Under the pieces are notes generated by a model. It had not been told where the DNA came from and did not search any database. It was given only the letters and a program-made list of their open reading frames with translations. The position numbers and the translations under genes were made by a program. A DNA stretch of 64,000 nt from a virus (Duplodnaviria > Heunggongvirae > Uroviricota > Caudoviricetes), in the IMG/VR virus record IMGVR_UViG_3300029705_000015; one strand, written 5' to 3'. Shown one piece after another: positions 34,983 to 44,373 of the stretch (position 1 is its first letter; every line of letters begins with the position of its first letter).

Positions 34983-36974
34983 ATGTATAACATCGGATTA
35001 AAGCTAAACAAAGACTTTGTAAACTGCTTAGAGGCACTAGTAACAAAGTATGGTGAGGATTTTGAATATCTCAATGGTTTTCACAACTCACAGTTAAACT
35101 TTTCTGATTTTATTGATTCATTTGTTCAGAAGAACCTTGCAGAAGTTACAATCGACAACAATGCAAGTGCTTCAAACAAAGACATTGTTTCACTTCGTTT
35201 GGAAAAGGGGAAGCCTTCAGATAAGTTGATTGCTTTCAGTAAGATTTTCCAAGAGATGAAGAAACGCTGGGGTCTCAAGACTGCTCAAGAGTGGCTTGAA
35301 ACAGAGTGGGTAGGCGGCTTCTATATGCACGATGCTCCCTCAACAACTTATACCCCGTATTGTTACGCATATGACCTTGGAAGATTAGCCAGAGAGGGTC
35401 TTTTCTTCTTAACTGGTTATAACAATAAACCCGCTGCTCATTTAACCACATTCACAGATGATGTTATTGAATACATTTCATTTATGTGCAACAGATCTAG
35501 TGGTGCAGTTGGTATTCCTAATATTTTACTTTGGACTATGTACTTCTGGAAAAAGGATATTGATAAAGGTTACTACATGGTCAGTCCTGAGTACTACTTG
35601 AGACAAACATATCAGAAGTTAATCTACAGACTGAATCAACCCTTCATGAGAACTGATCAGAGTGCATTTGTTAATGTTTCAATCTTTGACAAATATTACT
35701 ACGAAGCTCTCTTTGGTGGCTTAGTTTTCCCTGACGGTAGTTTTGCAATTGACTACATTGATACTTTCATTGAGCATGAAAAGATCTTTATGGAAGTTGT
35801 CTCTGAAATTCGTGAAGAGAACATGTTTACATTCCCTGTGCTTACATACTCACTGTTAAAGCGCAAGGATCTAACTCCTGAAGATATTGATCGTATGCTA
35901 AGAACTAAAGAGTTTGATTTGTTTGCAGACAACGAGTTTGCTCGTTGGTGTTCTGACCATAACTGCAAATGGAATGATAGTAACTTCTTCATGAGTGATG
36001 ATGTAACTACATTAAGTAACTGTTGCAGACTCCTTTCTGATACATCCAAGCTGAAGGGGTTCATTAACAGTATCGGTGGCACCGCTCTTTCTATCGGTAG
36101 TATCAAAGTTAACACAATCAACTTGATGCACATTGTTTATGAGCTTGAAGATAATCTTGATGAGAAAGAATATCTAAAGATTCTAAAAAAGAGAACAAAT
36201 CTTTGCTGCAAGACTCTTGATAGAGTTCGTCATATCATTTCAAGAAACATTGAAAAGGGACTGCTCCCTAACTATTGCGATGGTGGCATTGAGCTTGATA
36301 AACAGTACTGTACTATCGGTATTCTTGGTCTGTATGAAGTAATGGTTAAGTTCGGATACATCGAAGAAGATGAATTCGGTAACAAGTTCTATACAGATGA
36401 AGGTCTTGCGTTCGCCGATAAGATTTTTGGAGTATTGAACTCTGTTAAGGATAAGTTCACTGACGAGTATTCATTTAACATTGAGTCAGTACCTGCAGAG
36501 AGAGCAGCTGTTATTCTTTGTGGTAAAGATAGCACCCTCTACAATGTAGATGATTTTGAGATCTATTCAAATCAGTGGATTCCTCTAACTGCTAAGTGTA
36601 CAATCAACGAAAAGGTTAGAACCGCAGCAATTCTCGATAACAAGTGTTCTGGTGGTGCAATTGCTCATATCAACATTGAGAGTAATTTTGCAACAACAGA
36701 CGAAGCCTGGAATATGCTGAATTACATTGCTACTCAAGATGTTATCTATTTCTGCTTCAACACAAGAATCAATGTCTGTGAAGATAGACACGCGTTTGTT
36801 GGAACTGACATTTGTCCTACTTGTGGTAAGCCAGTTTATGATACTTATCAGAGAGTTGTCGGATTCTTGACTCCTTCAAAGGCATATTCTAAACCGCGTG
36901 AAAAGGAATTCAATGCTCGCCAGTGGTATGATACTGCTGTGATAAAGGGACAAGCATCATTGATTAGTGACTAA
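34983..36974 (+). CDS. nrdD: Class III anaerobic ribonucleotide reductase, no ATP cone
   Basis: PYCYA, SNCCRL, YCTIGILGLYE, CPTCG, QRVVGF glycyl-radical loop. Confidence 0.95.
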   Translation: MYNIGLKLNKDFVNCLEALVTKYGEDFEYLNGFHNSQLNFSDFIDSFVQKNLAEVTIDNNASASNKDIVSLRLEKGKPSDKLIAFSKIFQEMKKRWGLKTAQEWLETEWVGGFYMHDAPSTTYTPYCYAYDLGRLAREGLFFLTGYNNKPAAHLTTFTDDVIEYISFMCNRSSGAVGIPNILLWTMYFWKKDIDKGYYMVSPEYYLRQTYQKLIYRLNQPFMRTDQSAFVNVSIFDKYYYEALFGGLVFPDGSFAIDYIDTFIEHEKIFMEVVSEIREENMFTFPVLTYSLLKRKDLTPEDIDRMLRTKEFDLFADNEFARWCSDHNCKWNDSNFFMSDDVTTLSNCCRLLSDTSKLKGFINSIGGTALSIGSIKVNTINLMHIVYELEDNLDEKEYLKILKKRTNLCCKTLDRVRHIISRNIEKGLLPNYCDGGIELDKQYCTIGILGLYEVMVKFGYIEEDEFGNKFYTDEGLAFADKIFGVLNSVKDKFTDEYSFNIESVPAERAAVILCGKDSTLYNVDDFEIYSNQWIPLTAKCTINEKVRTAAILDNKCSGGAIAHINIESNFATTDEAWNMLNYIATQDVIYFCFNTRINVCEDRHAFVGTDICPTCGKPVYDTYQRVVGFLTPSKAYSKPREKEFNARQWYDTAVIKGQASLISD

Positions 36975-37452
36975 TATGATTATTAAGACGATTAGAGATG
37001 AAGATTTCACTAACTACAAAGAGCCTTGTATGCTCATCGGGTTTCCCAGATGCTCTTTCAAATGTGAAGAAGAGTGCGGAAAGAAGATGTGTCAGAATAG
37101 CTCAATGGCTCTAAGCGAAGACATTGAAATTGATCCTGAAAAGATTGTTAAGAGGTACATGAAAAACTCGATTACAACCTCAGTTGTTTTCGGAGGACTT
37201 GAGCCTTTTGATTCCTGGATTGATGTTGTTGCACTTGTTGGTGAATTTAGAAGGCATACAAATGATACTATTGTTATCTACACTGGATACAATGAGGATG
37301 AAATACAACCTCTGGTGGATTGGTTAAAAAATAACAGTAGTAATATCGTTATCAAGTTTGGAAGATTTATTCCAGATCAACAGAAGCATTTTGATGACGT
37401 ACTTGGAATATATCTTGCAAGTGATAATCAATATGCTGAGAGGATTTGTTGA
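36967..37452 (+). CDS. nrdG: Class III RNR activating radical-SAM enzyme
   Basis: FPRCSFKC...MCQNS, GGLEPF, IYTGY, KFGRF, LASDNQ. Confidence 0.9.
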   Translation: MTNMIIKTIRDEDFTNYKEPCMLIGFPRCSFKCEEECGKKMCQNSSMALSEDIEIDPEKIVKRYMKNSITTSVVFGGLEPFDSWIDVVALVGEFRRHTNDTIVIYTGYNEDEIQPLVDWLKNNSSNIVIKFGRFIPDQQKHFDDVLGIYLASDNQYAERIC

Positions 37453-37640
37453 TGAGAATCAAAGTTAATTCAGATGTTGAACTAGTTAAAACAATTCGTG
37501 AAAAGTTGAAAGAGAATGATGGCTACTGTCCTTGCAGATTAACAAAAACTCCTGAGACAAAATGTATGTGCAAGGAGTTTGTTGAACAGTCGGGGCCAGG
37601 TGAGTGTCATTGCGGATTGTATGTAAAAACAGAAGAGTAA
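37446..37640 (+). CDS. Ferredoxin:thioredoxin reductase catalytic-subunit-like protein
   Basis: GYCPCR, CMC, ECHCGLY. Confidence 0.85.
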   Translation: MLMRIKVNSDVELVKTIREKLKENDGYCPCRLTKTPETKCMCKEFVEQSGPGECHCGLYVKTEE

Positions 37641-37643
37641 GTT

Positions 37644-37675
37644 AATGAGCGGTGAATAACTCACCGCTCATTTTT
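37644..37675 (+). terminator. Rho-independent terminator
   Basis: aatgagcggtga/tcaccgctcatt stem + ttt. Confidence 0.9.
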
Positions 37676-37677
37676 GT

Positions 37678-37708
37678 AGTTGATTGATCAATAGATTTCT
37701 ATTATAAT
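37678..37708 (+). promoter_or_regulatory. AGTTGA-type promoter
   Basis: TTGATT 37680-37685, 17 bp, TATAAT 37703-37708. Confidence 0.85.
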
Positions 37709-37739
37709 CAGCATATATAAGAGTGATACGGAGGTATCT

Positions 37740-39731
37740 ATGACTGATATTGCAGCTATGAAATCACTTGTTGCAAACATGAATAAGTATAGAGATGCTT
37801 ATTACAATGATAATGAAAGTTTGATTTCAGATCTTGAATACGATAACTTGATGGATCAGCTTCAAGAGCTTGAAAGAACTACAGGAATTGTTCTTGCAAA
37901 CTCACCAACAAGAACTGTTGGTTATGAAGTAAAGTCAGCATTGAAGAAGGTTAAGCATGATCATCCTATGTTGTCTCTTGATAAGACAAAAGACATCACC
38001 GAAATTGTAAAGTTCCTACAGAACAAAGAAACTATTGTTATGGCAAAGATGGACGGTCTAACATGCAGCATCAAGTATGTTGATGGAAAACTTGTTAGTG
38101 CTGAAACACGCGGTGACGGTGTTGAGGGTGAAGATATCACACATAACATGAGGGCTGTTGATGGAGTACCTCAGCAGATAAATCAGAACGGAATTGTAGT
38201 TATCGATGGAGAGTTAATCATTGATGATCTTACATTTGAAAGAGTTCGTGAAAAATTTGTTGATAACAAAGGTAGAAAATACAAGAACTCAAGAAATCTT
38301 GCCGCAGGATCCGTAAGATTGCTGGATAGTTCAGAATGTTCGAAACGAGGCGTTCAATTTGTTGCTTGGAAACCAATTCAAGGATTGAACAACAAGACTC
38401 TTAGCGAAGGATTGTTAAAACTCGAAAGTCTCGGATTTACAATTGTTCCTCATGTTTGTTTAACTGAGATTACAAAAGATGGTTGCCAGTGGGCAGTTGA
38501 TTTCATTGAGCAACTGGCTGATACCTGTGCTTATCCTATTGATGGCTGTGTATTTGGTTTCGATGATGTTAAGTTTGCTGAAGCTCAAGGAATGACTTCT
38601 CATCATTTGAAGAGTCAGATTGCATTCAAATTTTATGACGAACTGTATGATACTGTAGTTCGTAGTATAGATTGGACTATGGGAAAGACTGGTGTACTTA
38701 CACCTACTGCAATCTTTGATACAGTTGAAATTGATGGTACTGAGGTCAGTAGAGCAAGTTTACATAACTTAACCATCATGTCTCAATTAAATGTTCGTAA
38801 GAATTGTACTGCAAGAGTATTTAAGGCAAACATGATTATTCCTCAAATTGATTCAACTGATAATGACGGTGAGGAAGATTTTATCATTCCTGATTCTTGT
38901 CCGGTCTGCGGAGGCTTAACTATTCGAGTACAAGATAATGATTCTGAAATGCTGAAGTGTAACAATCCGAACTGTAAGGGCAAGTTACTTGGAAAGTTGT
39001 GCACATTTGTTTCGAAGCAAGGAATGGATATCGATGGCCTTGGAGAGCAAACTTTAGCTCAGTTTATTGAGCTTGGATACTTGAAGGAATTTAGTGATAT
39101 CTATCGACTCAAGAATTATGCACCCAGACTAATAACTCTTCCTGGATTTGGAAAATCTTCAATTGACAAGATGCTTGCATCCATTGAGAAATCAAGAGAT
39201 GTTACGCTTGAAAGATTGATTGCGGCTGTTAGCATTGACGGTGTCGGATTAGATACTGCTAAGAAAATTTCAAAGTTTTTTGATGGCGATCTAAATAAAT
39301 TCTTGGATGCTCTTACAACAAAGTTTGATTTTAGTAAACTTGATGGCTTCGGTGAGCGTTCAAATGAACTTATCCATCAGTGGTTTGAGTTGAACAAAGA
39401 TCAGTTACTTGATGTTTGTGTGCACACTACAATCAAACAGGATAGTAAACCAGTTGTTGTAGACTGCTCCAGTCCAATCAATGGAAAAACTTTCTGCATT
39501 ACAGGTACTTTTGAATATCCTCGAAAAGACATTCAAAAAGAAATTGAAGCTTGTGGAGGAATCTTTGTTAGTGGTGTAACAAAGAAAACTGATATTCTGT
39601 TTATTGGAGACTGTGACAACTCAAATAGAAAATCAAGTAAGCAGCAGAAGGCTGAGGAATTAGGTATTCCAGTTATTCGGGAAGAACATTTTAGAGCTTA
39701 CTTGAATGGTAACTACGAGGTTAGTGAATGA
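37740..39731 (+). CDS. ligA: NAD-dependent DNA ligase
   Basis: YY...ISDLEYD, MLSLDK, KMDGL, RGDG, CPVCG..CNNPNC, BRCT (TFCITG). Confidence 0.95.
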   Translation: MTDIAAMKSLVANMNKYRDAYYNDNESLISDLEYDNLMDQLQELERTTGIVLANSPTRTVGYEVKSALKKVKHDHPMLSLDKTKDITEIVKFLQNKETIVMAKMDGLTCSIKYVDGKLVSAETRGDGVEGEDITHNMRAVDGVPQQINQNGIVVIDGELIIDDLTFERVREKFVDNKGRKYKNSRNLAAGSVRLLDSSECSKRGVQFVAWKPIQGLNNKTLSEGLLKLESLGFTIVPHVCLTEITKDGCQWAVDFIEQLADTCAYPIDGCVFGFDDVKFAEAQGMTSHHLKSQIAFKFYDELYDTVVRSIDWTMGKTGVLTPTAIFDTVEIDGTEVSRASLHNLTIMSQLNVRKNCTARVFKANMIIPQIDSTDNDGEEDFIIPDSCPVCGGLTIRVQDNDSEMLKCNNPNCKGKLLGKLCTFVSKQGMDIDGLGEQTLAQFIELGYLKEFSDIYRLKNYAPRLITLPGFGKSSIDKMLASIEKSRDVTLERLIAAVSIDGVGLDTAKKISKFFDGDLNKFLDALTTKFDFSKLDGFGERSNELIHQWFELNKDQLLDVCVHTTIKQDSKPVVVDCSSPINGKTFCITGTFEYPRKDIQKEIEACGGIFVSGVTKKTDILFIGDCDNSNRKSSKQQKAEELGIPVIREEHFRAYLNGNYEVSE

Positions 39732-41350
39732 GAAAATCGACTTGGAATGTAAAAGTAAATGGACAGGGAACGCCTGTTAATCAGATAATGAATCAGTTGT
39801 GGGCAAGTAGGGGAATTGATAACCCGGAAGTGTTTATGCATCCAGAAGGATATATATTTCCTTCAACTGATCTAAAAAATATTGAGTCTGCTGGAAAACT
39901 ATTTCAAGAGCATATTGATAAGCATAGTAAATTCTTGATCTATGCAGATGTTGATGCTGACGGATGTTCCTCCGCAGCAATTCTATGTCACTATTTGCGT
40001 AATTTTGATGTTGACATTGAAGTTTACATTAACAATAAGAAAGAACACGGTGTAACGGATGAGTTCTTTGATCGTCCGTATGGTGATGAAAATATTGTAA
40101 TTGTTGTTGATTCTATCAATGATACAATGCGGGAATATGATATTATTCTTGGAGCAGGAATTGATCTAATTGTTCTTGATCATCATATTCCATCTGAAGA
40201 AATTCTTGCCAATCAAGAAAAGATTCATCTTGTAAGTTCAGCAAATGAATATCCAAATCCGCATCTTAGTGGTAGCGGAGTAACTTGGAAGTTTGTAAAC
40301 TATGTTGATCAACTTATGAAGAAAAACTACGCATCTGACTTGATGGATCTTGCTGCTGTTGGAATCATAGCAGATGTCTGTAGCGTTGGCACTGAGTCAA
40401 TGGAAAATCGAGAAATCTGCGACAAGGGTATGGCATACATTTGTAATGTTGGATTGCGTGCTGTACTTGGAACTAACGAAATGAACGCTGACTCAATTGC
40501 ATTTTCCGTGGCTCCTCTTGTTAATGCTGCAAACAGAATGAACGATAACAGACTTGCACTTGATCTGTTTCTTGTTGATAATACTGCAGATGCAAAAAAG
40601 ATTGTTAAGTCGTTAACAAGAATAAAAGAGAAGCAGAAACTTCTTGTTGCTGAGTTGTTTGAAGGATTTGAAGAACAGGCACAAGAGCAGCTTAACAGGA
40701 AGTGCATGTATTTCATTGTTGATGAAACCTGTGGAACCCTTGGTGGACTTCTGGCAACAAAAGCATCAGATAAGTGGAACAGACCTGTTATTGTTGTACG
40801 AGAAACCGATAGGGGGTACGCAGGGTCAATGCGAGCCACTGGAGTTGATAATTTCAGTGAGATTGTTAATGATTCTGGTCTTGGTGAGTGCGCAGGCCAT
40901 GAGAATTCAGCTGGAATCCTGATTCCTTTTGAAAACTTTGTCGCATTACAAGATCACATAGAAAATGCATTAACAGGAATGACTGTAACAACAGAACAAG
41001 ATATTGATCTATATGTTGAGCGTATGCAGATAACACCATTCCTGATTGGCAAGCTGCGTGAATTCAACAGAATAGCAGGGCCCGGGTTCCCAACAATAAA
41101 AGTGCTAATTGAGAATGTTTCAAAATATACTGTTAAACCAATGTCTCAAGGAAAGCATCTTTGTATTGAAGTTCCTGACATGAAATTCTTGTACTGGAAT
41201 TTTAATAAGTGGGACGATATTGCCGATGAAGGAGTTCTTTCTGCAGTCGGAACTCTTGACGAGTCATTCTTTGCTGGAAAAAGATCCACTCAGATGATTA
41301 TGCAGGATTATATATTTGAAGCACTACCAACAAAGGCAAATCTGTGGTAG
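39728..41350 (+). CDS. recJ: RecJ-like ssDNA exonuclease
   Basis: YADVDADG, VVDS, LDHH, NAANR, GSMR, AGHENSAG. Confidence 0.9.
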   Translation: MRKSTWNVKVNGQGTPVNQIMNQLWASRGIDNPEVFMHPEGYIFPSTDLKNIESAGKLFQEHIDKHSKFLIYADVDADGCSSAAILCHYLRNFDVDIEVYINNKKEHGVTDEFFDRPYGDENIVIVVDSINDTMREYDIILGAGIDLIVLDHHIPSEEILANQEKIHLVSSANEYPNPHLSGSGVTWKFVNYVDQLMKKNYASDLMDLAAVGIIADVCSVGTESMENREICDKGMAYICNVGLRAVLGTNEMNADSIAFSVAPLVNAANRMNDNRLALDLFLVDNTADAKKIVKSLTRIKEKQKLLVAELFEGFEEQAQEQLNRKCMYFIVDETCGTLGGLLATKASDKWNRPVIVVRETDRGYAGSMRATGVDNFSEIVNDSGLGECAGHENSAGILIPFENFVALQDHIENALTGMTVTTEQDIDLYVERMQITPFLIGKLREFNRIAGPGFPTIKVLIENVSKYTVKPMSQGKHLCIEVPDMKFLYWNFNKWDDIADEGVLSAVGTLDESFFAGKRSTQMIMQDYIFEALPTKANLW

Positions 41351-41379
41351 TTGATTATTTTAACAGTTTCTTTTATAAT
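41349..41379 (+). promoter_or_regulatory. AGTTGA-type promoter
   Basis: TTGATT 41351-41356, 17 bp, TATAAT 41374-41379. Confidence 0.85.
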
Positions 41380-41392
41380 TAAATAAAAACAT

Positions 41393-41923
41393 GTGGAGGA
41401 AACTATGAAAACATATCTTGGTTTTAAGCGGACAGTTGTGGATAAACTCACTGGACTTCAATCCTCTGAAATAAAATTTGTTCCTGTTTCAATTCCTGGC
41501 ATTGAAACAAAAGATGGTTGGAAACTGATTGGGGCTTCTGACTCCGTGTATATCGTTCCTGAAGTAAGTGTACAACAGTTGAGCATCCCGGAATGTGAAG
41601 TTACTCAACCTTTGATCCCTTCGGGCGCCAGTTTTAACTCTCCTGTTGAAGGAACAGCTAAGTTAGTTCGATTGAAAAACGAAATCAAGATTACCTGGCG
41701 TCGTGGTAAGAAAACTCTTCATCAAACTACACCCAACAGTGTGTGTATTGACGAATTAAAGAAAAACCAGTTTTTTGCAGACTGTCGTAGAGCATTTGGT
41801 GACAGTTGTGATTCTTTCAGATTCAGCACATCGGATCCTGAGTACAAGTACTGGAATGAATTCATTGATCGTGAGTATGCTCGCCAGCTGGAAGCTGTAA
41901 ACAGAGCTACAACTTCCGTATAG
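41393..41923 (+). CDS. Hypothetical protein
   Basis: ORF; real start may be ATG at 41405 after ggagg. Confidence 0.65.
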   Translation: MEETMKTYLGFKRTVVDKLTGLQSSEIKFVPVSIPGIETKDGWKLIGASDSVYIVPEVSVQQLSIPECEVTQPLIPSGASFNSPVEGTAKLVRLKNEIKITWRRGKKTLHQTTPNSVCIDELKKNQFFADCRRAFGDSCDSFRFSTSDPEYKYWNEFIDREYARQLEAVNRATTSV

Positions 41924-42049
41924 ATTACTAGAAATCCTCCAGAAAATAGGAAGAAAATACATACCAAAACATGTGCAAAATATGTTGAAATATCCATTAC
42001 TTAGATAATTTTGCACTTGTTACAACTTATTGCACAAGGAATAAAACAA

Positions 42050-42883
42050 GTGAGTACGAAATACTTTGTTTCGGGAGATATTCATTCTTTCTATGAGGAG
42101 TGGATGCGATATTTGAATCATGCAGGATTTGATATCAATAATCCTGATCATAAAATCATCATCTGTGGTGACTTGTTTGATCGTGGATCAGAAACAGTAG
42201 AATGTTTTAAGTTTGTTAAAAAACTTGCAGCTCAGAATCGTCTGATATATGTTCGCGGAAACCATGAAGATCTACTATTTGATTGTGTGTCTGAAATCCG
42301 TAGAAGATTTGATATCGGAATTCACCACATGAACAACGGCACTGTTAGAACAATTGCGGATCTTGTTGGTGTTACACAATACGATATTCTATGTAACTGT
42401 TATGATACGGCAACTTTTGAAAGTAAGATTGGTGAGTTGCTTGAGTTCATAGATAAGAATACTGTTGACTATCTTGAACTAGGTAACTACATATTCGTTC
42501 ATGGTTGGGTTCCTACAGACTCCGAGGATTCAAACAAGTATCATGCAAGAAAAAATCATATACTTGCAGATAGATCCACTTGGGATGATAAGTGGGATAG
42601 CGCTCGTTGGTCAAACGGTATGCTCTGTTGGGCTCAAGGTGCTATCCCGGATGGTAAAACTGTTGTTTGTGGACACTGGCACACAAGTTGGGGCCATTAT
42701 AAGTTCCACGAACACAAGTGGGAATTTCCACCCCTCGGATACAAGGACGCAAGAAAATCATTCAAACCTTTTGTTGAACCCGGAATTATTGCGCTGGATG
42801 GTTGTGTTGCATATTCAGGAATTGTCAATGTAGCTGTATTTACAGTTGATGAAAATAACAATGTTAAGTTTGAGGAGATGTGA
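42050..42883 (+). CDS. Ser/Thr phosphatase-like metallophosphoesterase
   Basis: GDIHS, CGDLFDRG, RGNHE, FVHG, CGHWH, LDGC; GTG start after aagga. Confidence 0.85.
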   Translation: MSTKYFVSGDIHSFYEEWMRYLNHAGFDINNPDHKIIICGDLFDRGSETVECFKFVKKLAAQNRLIYVRGNHEDLLFDCVSEIRRRFDIGIHHMNNGTVRTIADLVGVTQYDILCNCYDTATFESKIGELLEFIDKNTVDYLELGNYIFVHGWVPTDSEDSNKYHARKNHILADRSTWDDKWDSARWSNGMLCWAQGAIPDGKTVVCGHWHTSWGHYKFHEHKWEFPPLGYKDARKSFKPFVEPGIIALDGCVAYSGIVNVAVFTVDENNNVKFEEM

Positions 42884-42884
42884 T

Positions 42885-43147
42885 ATGAAAAGATCAAGAT
42901 GGATGATGTTAGTAGCAATTCTTGTTGTTGCTTTCTTGATTGGCAGTGTGTTGACTGCTTGTGGAAACAAACAATTGCTTGATTTCAATCAGAAGTTTGA
43001 GTACGCATATGTTCGTTGGCCTGACGGAACTGCAGAAAGTTAGAACTCAAGTCTTGGAAAGATTACGATGGTGAGCAGATTCAGATTACTACTGATGAAG
43101 GAACTTACCTCTTCCATTCCGCTAATTGCGTACTAGCTCATGAATAA
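42885..43147 (+). pseudogene. Small lipoprotein split by a 1-nt frameshift
   Basis: Signal peptide + LTAC lipobox; frame stops at TAG 43041 while -1 frame continues ELKSWKDYDGEQIQ...HSANCVLAHE*. Confidence 0.65.
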
Positions 43148-43158
43148 GGAGTGATGCT

Positions 43159-43521
43159 ATGTTTAATGTTTCTAGAGCGTGCGATATTCTTATCAAGTAT
43201 GGTGTGTCAGAACAAGACGCACTTGATATCGCAATTGAAATTCAAAATAAACAGATATGCCTTGGAAATCATGTTTATTGTGTTACTCAGTATTCAAAAA
43301 CTTCCCCTTATGAAGTGATTGACGCTGTTATAACAAGGACTCATATTACAAGAGTGCTTAAGAAGATTTTCTCGGTTGAAGGAAAGTGGGCAAGATCAAA
43401 AGAGTCTTACTGGTGTTCACCTTACTGCGCTAACTTTACCGAAAATTCTATTGGAAAGAACGTATTCTTTACTGAGGCAGAAGCTCAGAAGGCTTGTGAC
43501 AAGAAAAACGCAAATCGGTGA
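43159..43521 (+). CDS. Hypothetical protein
   Basis: SD aaggag; ends VFFTEAEAQKA. Confidence 0.7.
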   Translation: MFNVSRACDILIKYGVSEQDALDIAIEIQNKQICLGNHVYCVTQYSKTSPYEVIDAVITRTHITRVLKKIFSVEGKWARSKESYWCSPYCANFTENSIGKNVFFTEAEAQKACDKKNANR

Positions 43522-43523
43522 CT

Positions 43524-43554
43524 AGTTGATTATTTTACTGTTATCTATTATAAT
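43524..43554 (+). promoter_or_regulatory. AGTTGA-type promoter
   Basis: TTGATT 43526-43531, 17 bp, TATAAT 43549-43554. Confidence 0.85.
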
Positions 43555-43585
43555 ATAACTATATAGAATAACAGGAGGGTAATCT

Positions 43586-44146
43586 ATGTATCAGTTTTTG
43601 AATGTTCACCCCAAGGGTTTGATCGTCGGTGATTGTGTTAAAAGAGCAATTACACTTGCAGCTCAGATGGACTACATGGAGGTTCAGCGTGAACTGAATC
43701 GTTACAAGAAAGTAACAGGGGCAGCAAATTTTAATTCCGATTACAATCCTCACAAGTATGTTGAAAATGTTCTTCATGCTCGTAAACTGAGTTTTCCTGC
43801 TCAGAAAGGTAAGCCCAGAATGACTGCTGGAGAATTTAGTAGAACATATCCAACAGGAAGATACATACTGAATATGGCTGGTCACTGGAGTTGTTGTGTC
43901 GATGGTGTTATCTATGATACTTGGGACTGTAGCCACAAATGTGTCTACACAGCCTATCATGTAATTCCAAGAATTGATTACAGTATTGTTAATCACTACT
44001 CAGTTACAAGCAAAGGTGACTGTACATTCCTGATTGAAATTGTTAATATATCGGAAAATACAGTGCGAACTGTTAATGTTGGAAAATCGATGTTAACTGG
44101 CTACTGTAGATGTCTTGAAGATCTTGGCTATATCAAAGTTGTTTAG
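43586..44146 (+). CDS. Conserved-looking phage hypothetical protein
   Basis: GDCVKRAI...GHWSCCVDGVIYDTWD; SD ggagg. Confidence 0.7.
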   Translation: MYQFLNVHPKGLIVGDCVKRAITLAAQMDYMEVQRELNRYKKVTGAANFNSDYNPHKYVENVLHARKLSFPAQKGKPRMTAGEFSRTYPTGRYILNMAGHWSCCVDGVIYDTWDCSHKCVYTAYHVIPRIDYSIVNHYSVTSKGDCTFLIEIVNISENTVRTVNVGKSMLTGYCRCLEDLGYIKVV

Positions 44147-44158
44147 GAGGACGCGCTC

Positions 44159-44353
44159 GTGAAGCCTGTTACAATGTATTATGTGGGGTTGAATCCTACT
44201 ACAACTTCTGTATATATTCGTGTTGACGTTTATCAATTCTTTCTCAAAGAAGATGGAACCAGTGCAGCCCTTTGCTGGTTTGTTACCGATCGGGAATGGA
44301 TGGTCGTCGACATTGAAATGCTTGTTCCAAGCAAACCTATTCTCAATGAATAA
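44159..44353 (+). CDS. Hypothetical protein
   Basis: GTG start after ggagg. Confidence 0.6.
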   Translation: MKPVTMYYVGLNPTTTSVYIRVDVYQFFLKEDGTSAALCWFVTDREWMVVDIEMLVPSKPILNE

Positions 44354-44373
44354 GAAAGAAGGTAATACAAATC

